This document shows, in pieces, positions 31,763-40,015 of a stretch of 64,000 nt of DNA. Numbering within the stretch: the first letter of the stretch is position 1; each line of letters begins with the position of its first letter. The position numbers were made by a program, and so were the translations under genes. The stretch spans positions 5,952,001-6,016,000 of the forward strand of contig CAWIAD010000002.1 of assembly GCA_963833985.1 (NCBI GenBank), in the 5' to 3' direction. The stretch comes from an uncultured Planctomycetaceae bacterium. Lineage in GTDB: Bacteria > Planctomycetota > Planctomycetia > Isosphaerales > Isosphaeraceae. A model generated the notes under the pieces. It did not search any database. It was not told the DNA's origin and saw only the letters and a program-made list of their open reading frames with translations.

Positions 31763-33115
31763 ATGACGGGTCCATTCACGCGCCGTGAGCTGCTCGCGAA
31801 GGCCACGGCCGTCGCCGCCTGCGCCTCACTGACCATCGTGCCGCGCCACGTTCTGGGAGGCGCGGGATATATTGCCCCCAGCGAGAGGTTGAACATCGCG
31901 GGGATCGGCATTGGCGGCATGGGCGCCGCGAACCTGAGGAATCTCGAATCGGAGAACATCGTCGCGCTCTGCGACGTGGATCCGAGCTATTCCGCCCCGA
32001 TCGTCCAGCGCTATTCCAGCGCGAAGTTCTACACCGACTACCGTGTGCTGCTCGATCGCCAGAAAGACATCGACGGCGTGGTGATCGCCACGCCCGACCA
32101 CACGCACGCGGTGATTGCCATGGCGGCCCTCCGCGCAGGCAAGCACGTCTACTGCCAGAAGCCGCTCACCCACGACGTTCACGAGGCCCGGATGCTCACG
32201 AAGGCGGCGCGGGAATCTCGGGTCAGCACGCAGATGGGGATCCAGGGCCACTCGGGTGAAGGCATTCGCCAGACCTGTGAATGGATTGCCTCGGGACGGC
32301 TGGGCGAGATTCGCCGGGTGGATGCCTGGTGCAGCCTCACGTATTACCCCTGGGGCCACGCCTACTGGAGCTCGCAGTGGGGAGACCGTCCCCGGGACGC
32401 CATGCCCGTACCAAAGGAGCTGAACTGGGACCTGTGGATCGGTCCGGCGGCGATGCGGGCCTATCACAGGGCCTATCATCCCGCCACCTGGCGCTGCTTC
32501 TGGGACTTCGGCTGCGGCATGATGGGTGATCGCGGCGTGCACACGCTGGATCCCGTCGTCACCGCACTGGAGCTGACCGCCCCGGAGACGATCGACGCCA
32601 CCTGCTGCGGCGCAAGTCAGGAGGTTCATCCCCTGGCCGCCGTGGTCACGTTCCAGTTCCCCGCCCGCGGCAAGCTCCCTCCCGTGAAGGTCGTCTGGTA
32701 CGAGGGCATGCAGCCGCCCCGGCCCGACGCGCTGGAGGACGGCGCGAAGTTGCCGGCGGAGGGCGGCGCCATTTTCCACGGCACTCAGGGCACGCTCGTG
32801 GCCGGCGTGACTGGAAACGATCTTCCCGTGCTCATCGGGGCGGCACGAACGAAGGAGATCCCGCCTCCCGCCCGCACCCTGCCGCGGGTCGCCACCTCGC
32901 ACGAGCTCGACTGGGTCCGCGCCTGCAAGGCGGGAAACCGGGCCGTCGCCGATTTCGCGTTTTCCGGCCCGCTCACCGAGATCTGTCTTCTGGGTAACGT
33001 CGCCAAGCGCGTCGAGGCGCGGATTGCCTGGAACGCAGAGAAAGGCGAGATCACCAATCTCCCGGACGCCAACAGGTACCTGCGCAGCTCCTACCGGAAC
33101 GGGTGGTCGCTCTGA
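31763..33115 (+). CDS. Gfo/Idh/MocA family oxidoreductase, Tat-exported
   Basis: GGAGG RBS; TRRELL; IGIGGMG; IATPDHTH; KHVYCQKPLT; WDLWIGPA. Confidence 0.9.
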   Translation: MTGPFTRRELLAKATAVAACASLTIVPRHVLGGAGYIAPSERLNIAGIGIGGMGAANLRNLESENIVALCDVDPSYSAPIVQRYSSAKFYTDYRVLLDRQKDIDGVVIATPDHTHAVIAMAALRAGKHVYCQKPLTHDVHEARMLTKAARESRVSTQMGIQGHSGEGIRQTCEWIASGRLGEIRRVDAWCSLTYYPWGHAYWSSQWGDRPRDAMPVPKELNWDLWIGPAAMRAYHRAYHPATWRCFWDFGCGMMGDRGVHTLDPVVTALELTAPETIDATCCGASQEVHPLAAVVTFQFPARGKLPPVKVVWYEGMQPPRPDALEDGAKLPAEGGAIFHGTQGTLVAGVTGNDLPVLIGAARTKEIPPPARTLPRVATSHELDWVRACKAGNRAVADFAFSGPLTEICLLGNVAKRVEARIAWNAEKGEITNLPDANRYLRSSYRNGWSL

Positions 33116-33147
33116 CATGGAACCAATTCACTTCGAGGGGCTCTGTC

Positions 33148-35199
33148 ATGGTGTCACGCGTACTGGGTTTGCGGGTTGCCGGTTTGCTCCTGCTCACAAT
33201 GCTGGCAACACTCTCACGGGCCGATAGCCCGAGACCTTCGCAATGGGTGCGCCCCGGTGAAATGGCGCGGAAGTCCGAATGGGTCAAGGCGCGCTTCGAG
33301 AGCCCGCGGCAGAATCCGCCGTTCTCCTTCGTGTACGGGGGAAAGCCGTCAGCGACGCTTCTTGGGGCCTGGCCGAGCCACAGCGAGACGGCAGAGATGG
33401 CCCCGGCGCGCACCCGGCGCACTTTGACCTGGACGGACGCCGCGACGGGACTGGAGGTGCGCTGTGTCGTCGTCGAGTATGCCGACTATCCCGCCGTGGA
33501 ATGGACCGTGTATTTCAAGAACATGGGTAAGTCCGCGACGCCCATCCTGGAGCGGATCGAGGGACTGGATACCAGTCTTGATCGCGGTGCGGAAGAGCCC
33601 GGGAAATTCGTCCTGCACGGCCGCAAGGGGGACACGTCCGCCGCCGACCTCTACGAACCGTTCGAGCGGACGCTGAACGCCGGCACCACGGAGCGGTTCG
33701 CGCCGGTCGGAGGTCGAGGGAGCAATGGAGCCTTTCCTTACTACAACCTGGAGATGCCGCCTGGCGGCGGGCTGATGATCGCGGTGGGATGGCCCGGCCA
33801 GTGGGCGTCCACGTTCGCGCGGGACGAGGGTCGAGCGCTGCACATCACGGCCGGCCAGGAGCTGACCCGCCTGGTGCTCCGGCCCGGAGAAACCGTGCGG
33901 ACGCCGCTCATCGCCCTGGTCTTCTGGCAGGGAGACGACACGGCGCAGGCGCAGAACCTCTGGCGGCGCTGGATGTTCGCCCACAATGTTCCACGCACCG
34001 GCGACGGCGCGCTGCCGCCTCCGTTGCTCTTCGGCAACACCTCGGGCGAGTTCAACGAGATGACTGGCGCCAACGAGGAGAACCAGAACTTCTTCATCGA
34101 CCGCTACAGGCAGGAGCGCGTGCCGATCAATTTCTGGTGGATGGACGCGGGCTGGTATCCGTGTGAGGGGCAGTGGCCCCGAACGGGCACCTGGGAGCCC
34201 GACCTGAAGCGGTTTCCGCGAGGACTGCGTGCCATCAGCGACCATGCAGAAAAGGTGGGAGTCAAGACGCTCGTCTGGTTCGAGCCCGAGCGTGTGGCCC
34301 AGGGAACGTGGCTGGCCGAGAATCATCCCGACTGGCTGCTGGGCAAGATCTTGCTGAACCTGGGCCGGCCTGAGGTCCGCGACTGGCTGACCGATCATGT
34401 GGACAAGGTACTGCGCGAGCAGAGGATCCGGCTCTATCGCCAGGACTTCAACATGGACCCACTGGCGTACTGGCGCAAGAACGATGCACCCGACCGAGAA
34501 GGAATGACCGAGAACCAGCACATTCAGAACTACCTGGCCTACTGGGACGAGCTGCGCCGGCGGCATCCCGGCCTGATCATCGATAGCTGCGCCTCCGGCG
34601 GCCGGCGCAACGACCTGGAGACGATGCGCCGGGCGATCGCCCTGCACCCGACCGATTACAACTATGCACACCTGGCGGCCAAGCAGGCGTTCCACGCCAG
34701 CCTGTTCGAGTGGCTTCCCTGCTTCGGCTCGAATACGGTCCCGGTGGAAACTGTCGACGCATACGCCATTCGCAGCGGGCACGCCATGAACGTGGTGCTC
34801 GGCTATGACCTGCGGCGCGCGGATCTCGACTACGACTTGCTCCGCAAGCTTACTGCCGAATGGCGCGCCGTCGTGCCCTATTACCAGGGCGACTTCTACC
34901 GCCTGACCGGTGACAACCGTGCTGAGGAGCGCTGGCTCGCCTGGCAGTTCGATCGGCCGGAGCAAGCAGACGGCATCGTGGAGGCGTTCCGCCGATCGCG
35001 GGCCGTGCAGGCCGCCGAGAGCTATCGCCTGCGCGGGATTGCGCCGGAGGCGCGCTACGAGATCTCGGATCTCGCTACGGGCCGGACGTCGCTTCACGAT
35101 GGCCAGGAGCTGGCCGACCATGGGTTGCCGCTGGCGATTGGGGCGAAGCCCGGCGCCGCGGTGGTACGCTATCGCCGCCTGCCGGAGACGCGTCCCTGA
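33148..35199 (+). CDS. Alpha-galactosidase (GH36-like), exported
   Basis: Signal peptide; WWMDAGW, LVWFEPE, YRQDFN (nucleophile region), IDSCASGGRRND. Confidence 0.82.
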   Translation: MVSRVLGLRVAGLLLLTMLATLSRADSPRPSQWVRPGEMARKSEWVKARFESPRQNPPFSFVYGGKPSATLLGAWPSHSETAEMAPARTRRTLTWTDAATGLEVRCVVVEYADYPAVEWTVYFKNMGKSATPILERIEGLDTSLDRGAEEPGKFVLHGRKGDTSAADLYEPFERTLNAGTTERFAPVGGRGSNGAFPYYNLEMPPGGGLMIAVGWPGQWASTFARDEGRALHITAGQELTRLVLRPGETVRTPLIALVFWQGDDTAQAQNLWRRWMFAHNVPRTGDGALPPPLLFGNTSGEFNEMTGANEENQNFFIDRYRQERVPINFWWMDAGWYPCEGQWPRTGTWEPDLKRFPRGLRAISDHAEKVGVKTLVWFEPERVAQGTWLAENHPDWLLGKILLNLGRPEVRDWLTDHVDKVLREQRIRLYRQDFNMDPLAYWRKNDAPDREGMTENQHIQNYLAYWDELRRRHPGLIIDSCASGGRRNDLETMRRAIALHPTDYNYAHLAAKQAFHASLFEWLPCFGSNTVPVETVDAYAIRSGHAMNVVLGYDLRRADLDYDLLRKLTAEWRAVVPYYQGDFYRLTGDNRAEERWLAWQFDRPEQADGIVEAFRRSRAVQAAESYRLRGIAPEARYEISDLATGRTSLHDGQELADHGLPLAIGAKPGAAVVRYRRLPETRP

Positions 35200-35309
35200 T
35201 TTCCATGAAACGGAGGCGGAGCAGGTGTGGACGGGCCGCATCGGTCTCATCGGTGACCGGCGCTCGCCGCGCCGCGTGAGCCACATGCCGCATGGCGCAT
35301 GCCTTATGT

Positions 35310-35350
35310 GGTCGCATGGCGATGAGGTCGCATGGCGATGAGGTCGCATG
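35310..35350. repeat. Intergenic tandem repeat, 16-bp unit GGTCGCATGGCGATGA x2.5
   Basis: Units at 35310, 35326 and 35342 (partial); preceded by an imperfect hairpin CCACAT...ATGTGG starting at 35281. Confidence 0.8.
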
Positions 35351-35495
35351 ATCCCGGACAGATTTCTTGTGGCATCCGGCGTTCGCCTGGGAGAGAATGA
35401 TGTGCTTGCTCGCGTGGCGCTGAGCCAGGCCCCCGAGCGGAACTTCTGAAAACGCGTGAGCTCCGGTGCTTCTGAAATGTCTTATGGAAAAACTC

Positions 35496-36971
35496 ATGTT
35501 TTCTTTGCAAGTCGCTCTCCTGGCTTTGGTGCTGTCTCTAGGGGCAGGCTGCGGAGATCCGGCTGGCAGGCTTTCCGGATCTCCGACCGCGCAGGGGCCG
35601 GCCGGACCGTTCCTGGTCAAACCCTATCTCCAGTGGGGGGATTCCGCGAAGTTCGAGAGTGGCCCGGGCATGCAGTTGCTCTGGCAAGACAATGATGACG
35701 AGGCCGCCTGGACGGTGGAGTACCGGCAGGCGAACCCGTCCGGTGCCCCGTCCGAGTGGCGCAAGGCCGGCCCGGCCGCGATGCGGAGAGTCGCCGTGCC
35801 TGGCATTCCGCCCCACCGGGTCTATCGCTCCAGCCTGAAGGGTCTGACCACGGGGGCCGAGTTTTCCTACCGCGTGAACAAGAACAACGAACTGGTCTTC
35901 TCGGCCCGTGGGCGCCCGCCCGCCGCCGGCGACGCGCCCTACCGGTTCGTCGTCTTCGGCGACTGCGGAACCAGCAGCCGCGAACAGAAGGCCATCGCCT
36001 ACCAGGCATTCCAGGCGCGCCCCGATCTCGTCATGATCACGGGCGACATCGTCTACGACCGGGGCAGGATCTCCGAGTATCGCCCCAACTTCTGGCCGAT
36101 CTACAACGCCGATGACGCGTCGCCCGCGGCCGGTGCGCCGCTCTTGCGATCGACGATCTTCGTGGCCGCGCCGGGAAACCATGACGTCGGCACTCGCGAC
36201 CTGGGCAAGTACCCCGACTCGCTGGCCTATTTCCTCTACTGGTCGCAGCCCCTCAATGGTCCGCCGGGCGTGGAGGGTTCCGCACACGTGCCCGCCCTGA
36301 AGGGGCCGGAGGCCAACCGCCGCGCATTCCTTGACGCCGCCGGGCCGGCGTTTCCCCGCATGGGCAACTTCTCGTTCGACCATGGCAACGCTCACTGGCT
36401 GGTCCTGGACGCCAACCCGTACGTCGACTGGACCGACCCGCAATTGCGAGCCTGGGTGCAGCAGGACCTGGCGGCCGCCCAGCACGCCACCTGGCGGTTC
36501 GTCGCCCTTCATCAGCCGGGCTTCCAGTCGGCCCGAAAGCATTCGGACGAGGAGAATTCGCGCGTCCTCGCCGACCTTTTCGAGGCCGGCAACGTGTCGA
36601 TTGTCTTTTGCGGCCACGTGCACAATTACCAGCGCACCTTCCCACTCCGGTTCGCCGCGGAACCGCGCACCAGCGGCAAGCCCATGCATGACAAGGAACT
36701 CGTGCCGGGCACCTGGACCCTGGACCGCACCTTCGATGGCCGCTTGCATACGCGGCCCTCAGGCGTCATCTACCTGGTCACCGGCGCCGGCGGCGCGAGC
36801 CTGTACAACCCGGAGCAGCAGAACGACCCCGCGTCCTGGAAAAGCTTCACATGCAAGTTCGTTTCGAAGGTCCATTCGCTGACCGTCGCCACGGTGGATG
36901 GGCCGAGCGTGCTGGTCCGCCAGGTCTCGCTCCAGGGCGAGGAGCTGGACCGGTTCGTGATCACCAGGTGA
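35496..36971 (+). CDS. Metallophosphoesterase (purple acid phosphatase-like) lipoprotein
   Basis: Lipobox-like LGAGC; FGDCG, TGDIVY, PGNHD, HQP, GHVHNYQR, VTGAGG. Start could also be 35484. Confidence 0.87.
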   Translation: MFSLQVALLALVLSLGAGCGDPAGRLSGSPTAQGPAGPFLVKPYLQWGDSAKFESGPGMQLLWQDNDDEAAWTVEYRQANPSGAPSEWRKAGPAAMRRVAVPGIPPHRVYRSSLKGLTTGAEFSYRVNKNNELVFSARGRPPAAGDAPYRFVVFGDCGTSSREQKAIAYQAFQARPDLVMITGDIVYDRGRISEYRPNFWPIYNADDASPAAGAPLLRSTIFVAAPGNHDVGTRDLGKYPDSLAYFLYWSQPLNGPPGVEGSAHVPALKGPEANRRAFLDAAGPAFPRMGNFSFDHGNAHWLVLDANPYVDWTDPQLRAWVQQDLAAAQHATWRFVALHQPGFQSARKHSDEENSRVLADLFEAGNVSIVFCGHVHNYQRTFPLRFAAEPRTSGKPMHDKELVPGTWTLDRTFDGRLHTRPSGVIYLVTGAGGASLYNPEQQNDPASWKSFTCKFVSKVHSLTVATVDGPSVLVRQVSLQGEELDRFVITR

Positions 36972-36982
36972 CCACAGCGTGA

Positions 36983-38557
36983 TCAAGGAAAGTCTTCCCG
37001 GAGGAGACGGCTGGCGCGCACCAGGTTCGCCAGCTTGGCAGAGGCAGTCTCGAACGCGGTGATGGGGCTGTCGGCGAAGGTGGCGAAGCCGCAGTCGGGA
37101 TTCAGCAGCACTCGGTCGCGGCCGAACAGGGCGATCGCACGCCGGGCGCGGAAGACGATCTCCTCGACCGGTTCCACCCGGCCGGACTTCTGGTCGACCA
37201 CGCCCACGCCGATGCGGACGCTCTCGGGCAAGCCCTTGAGCACATCGATCTCGCCGGCCCTGGAAGTGCACAGCTCGAGGAAAAGCGTCCCCACGGGAAG
37301 CGAACGGAAGAGCGGGACCAGTGGCGCGTAATCGCCGGAAAGCGCGGCGGACACATCGCGCGTCCAGTTGCCGCGGCAAACGTGCATCGCCAGCCTTTCG
37401 ATGGGGAATGGCTCCAGCGTGCTGACCAGGAGCGATCGTGCAAAATCGAGCTCCTCGGCGATGGGCCTTTTCTCCCCGAGGGCGCCGCACATGAACGAGC
37501 GATTGCCGCCCGCAGGGCGTCCGTGGACCACCTCGGTCAAGACTGGCTCGTCAAGCTGTACGAGCGCGGCACCGGCCTCCAGGAGCGCGGCGATCTCCGC
37601 CCGCAACACCTCGACCACGTCGGCGGCAAGTGCCTCGCGGCTGCTATAGGCACGGTCGGCAACGCATTCCAGCCACATGGTCCGGGTCAGCAGGTAAGGG
37701 CCCGGCAGCGCAATCTTGACCGGCCGGTCCGTCAGCTTCCGCACCGCGATCAGCTCATGCACGGCCAGCGGCCGCGCCGGGTTGCGCGCCAGCCTGCCGA
37801 AGACGGCGGGATGGCGTACCGACTGGGCCGGGACGTCGAGCGCCTGGAGCTCGCGGGCGAAAGCCTCCGGATGTTCCACGTAAGGCAGCAGGTCGACGAT
37901 CGGGATGAGCTGGCAGTTCTCCAGGCGGCTGGCCACGAAGCTGGCGTAGCTGTCGCGATGCTGCTCGCCGTCGGTGACGACATCGACGCCCGCCTCGAGC
38001 TGTGCCTGGACGACCTGGGCGACGGCACGGTCGGCGAGCGCGGAGTATTCCGGCTCCGAGACGCGGCCTTCGAGCCTGCCGTGCAGGGCCTCCAGCAGCC
38101 AGGGGGGCCGGGGCCAGCTTCCAAGGCCCATGACAGCAAGGGCGGCGATCGCCGGCTGGCGATCGTCCGGGGACGTCAAGCGGCCCGACGCCGGATCGGC
38201 CGTCGCAAGTGGCCGGGCTGAGGAGGCATGGCTGGAGGCAACCCGCGGCTCCCTGGCGGTGGGTCCGGTTCCTTGCCTGGCGATCAGGAACGTCCATGCG
38301 GCCGCGTCCCGGTCATGCCGCAAGGAGACGAGCACATTGCCGGTGAGCCGGCACCAGGCCGGCAAGTCCTCGCTCACGGAGGGCTCGGTGGAGCGAATTT
38401 CGAGGATCTCTCCCGGTTGCAGCGGGTCGATGTGGCGCCTGATCTGGAGCAAGAGACCGCTGCCACAGTCGAGGTTGCCGCCATCAAACCGCGCCGCGGG
38501 CTCGGGGCCCGGCTGTTCACCTGGTGTGCGTCTCGGATCAATCATGATGGTCGCCAT
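36983..38557 (-). CDS. Fusion of a TusA/SirA-like domain to a single-barrel cobalamin-independent methionine synthase-like (MetE catalytic domain) protein
   Basis: N-terminal FDGGNLDCGSGLLLQIR...PGEILEIRSTEPSV.EDLPAWCRLTGN, then a linker, then GSWPRP, GVDVVTDGEQ, LPGP, VQLDEP and Zn ligands HVCRGN / FLE / NPDCGF. Confidence 0.88.
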   Translation of the reverse strand: MATIMIDPRRTPGEQPGPEPAARFDGGNLDCGSGLLLQIRRHIDPLQPGEILEIRSTEPSVSEDLPAWCRLTGNVLVSLRHDRDAAAWTFLIARQGTGPTAREPRVASSHASSARPLATADPASGRLTSPDDRQPAIAALAVMGLGSWPRPPWLLEALHGRLEGRVSEPEYSALADRAVAQVVQAQLEAGVDVVTDGEQHRDSYASFVASRLENCQLIPIVDLLPYVEHPEAFARELQALDVPAQSVRHPAVFGRLARNPARPLAVHELIAVRKLTDRPVKIALPGPYLLTRTMWLECVADRAYSSREALAADVVEVLRAEIAALLEAGAALVQLDEPVLTEVVHGRPAGGNRSFMCGALGEKRPIAEELDFARSLLVSTLEPFPIERLAMHVCRGNWTRDVSAALSGDYAPLVPLFRSLPVGTLFLELCTSRAGEIDVLKGLPESVRIGVGVVDQKSGRVEPVEEIVFRARRAIALFGRDRVLLNPDCGFATFADSPITAFETASAKLANLVRASRLLREDFP

Positions 38558-38581
38558 CGCCGCCAGGATCGTGTCAGTAGC

Positions 38582-38935
38582 TCACGCAGGGCGCCCCTGC
38601 GCCAGGAACTCGACCAGCCGGGCACCACCGACGATCGTCGCGCCGGGGATGAGCGTGCCTGGGTCCAGGCCGCGCTTCTTGAAGCAGGGGGAGCAGACGA
38701 GGATGGTGCCACCGGCCGCGATAAAGCTGGTCATGAGCTCCCTGAGCGGCTGGAAGCCTGGCTCGTGGATGGCATCGGCCGTGCCTTCGACGGCCAGACG
38801 GACGCCCTGGATACTCAGGAAGACCATGGTCTCTTGCCCGGAGGCCACGGCGGCGCCTGCCACCACGAAGGCCACCGTGGCGCGGTCGGGATCGTCCAGC
38901 GAGCGGGTCAGCGAGACGCAAAACGTTCCGGCCAT
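38582..38935 (-). CDS. DsrE/DsrF-like protein
   Basis: DDPDRATVAFVVAGAAVASG..T.VFL...GV.L; GG.ILVCSPCFKKRG; GA.IVGGA.LVEFL. Confidence 0.88.
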   Translation of the reverse strand: MAGTFCVSLTRSLDDPDRATVAFVVAGAAVASGQETMVFLSIQGVRLAVEGTADAIHEPGFQPLRELMTSFIAAGGTILVCSPCFKKRGLDPGTLIPGATIVGGARLVEFLAQGRPA

Positions 38936-38942
38936 GGCGAGT

Positions 38943-39179
38943 TCAGTCCTTTCTGCGCTGAAGGTCGTAACGGGGGTGGTCCGAGTGCAGCAAGCGGTGT
39001 CCGGTAAGCCGGCACCAGGCGGGGACATCGACCGGGGCACCCTCATCGCTTGTGATCAGGCGGAAGACCTGCCCGGAGTTCAGCCGCTCCAGACGGCTCT
39101 TGAGCGCCAGGAGCATCGGCCCGCATGCCAGGTCGCCCGCGTCCCAGGTTTCAGCAGCCTCCGGCATCTCCAAATTCAC
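38943..39179 (-). CDS. TusA/SirA-family sulfur carrier
   Basis: WDAGDLACGPMLLALK..L..L.SGQVF.L...D.GAP.DVPAWCRLTGH.L. Confidence 0.85.
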   Translation of the reverse strand: MNLEMPEAAETWDAGDLACGPMLLALKSRLERLNSGQVFRLITSDEGAPVDVPAWCRLTGHRLLHSDHPRYDLQRRKD

Positions 39180-39282
39180 TCCGCCGCGCCTCTGGTGATC
39201 TTCTTGACTTGCTCTGCACTGGAATAATGAAGCAAATTCCCCGGCAAGTCACGGACTAATTTCTTGCAAGGCGGAGGGTCCG

Positions 39283-39762
39283 ATGGATGGCGAATCGCTG
39301 CGGCGACATCTTCGGGAGCTGCTGGAAGGCGGCAACGCGCACCTGGATTTCGAGGCGGCCATTGCCGATTTGCCGCCCGCACAACGCGGCCTCCGGCCTC
39401 CGGGGCTGTCCCATACAGCCTGGCGGCTGCTCGAGCACATGCGCATTGCCCAGTGGGACATTCTGCGGTTCTCGATCGACCCGAGCCATGAGTCGCCCGA
39501 CTTTCCCCTGGGCTACTGGCCCGACGGTGACGCCCCGCCGGATGACACCGCCTGGGATCGGACGGTGCAAGCATTCCGCGCGGATCTGAAAACCATGGTA
39601 GCACTGGTGGAAGACCCCACGACCGACCTCTTCGCTCCGATTCCCCACGGCCAGGGGCAAACGATCCTCCGTGAGGCGCTCCTGGTGGCGGACCATAATG
39701 CCTATCACCTGGGCCAGCTCGTGACGGTCCGCAAGTTGCTACGCGCCTGGCCACATGACTGA
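39283..39762 (+). CDS. DinB/YfiT superfamily protein
   Basis: Four-helix-bundle pattern with a metal-binding His set ([15 protein letters not shown]). Confidence 0.85.
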   Translation: MDGESLRRHLRELLEGGNAHLDFEAAIADLPPAQRGLRPPGLSHTAWRLLEHMRIAQWDILRFSIDPSHESPDFPLGYWPDGDAPPDDTAWDRTVQAFRADLKTMVALVEDPTTDLFAPIPHGQGQTILREALLVADHNAYHLGQLVTVRKLLRAWPHD

Positions 39763-40015
39763 GATCCTTACAAGCCAAGAGTTTGCCCGAGTCTAATCTT
39801 GGCTGCTTGCATTGATTGATCGGTGCCCCCGGTTCCCTGAATGCGCTGGTTCATGCGACTGACGGCTACTTTTCTTTTCGAATGACAGTGTACATTGAAT
39901 GAACAAGATGTCGTGCGATGGCGAAGCAAACGAAGGTGCCGCAACGGGGTGATCCGCGTGTGAAAGCACCCGCGAGCAGAATCATGGCCAGGCTGAGTGG
40001 ACAGGCAGGCACTGC

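Noticed and set aside
35310..35350. CRISPR array (also considered for 56438-56509)
   Set aside because: The units are directly adjacent with no spacers, and there are no cas genes.
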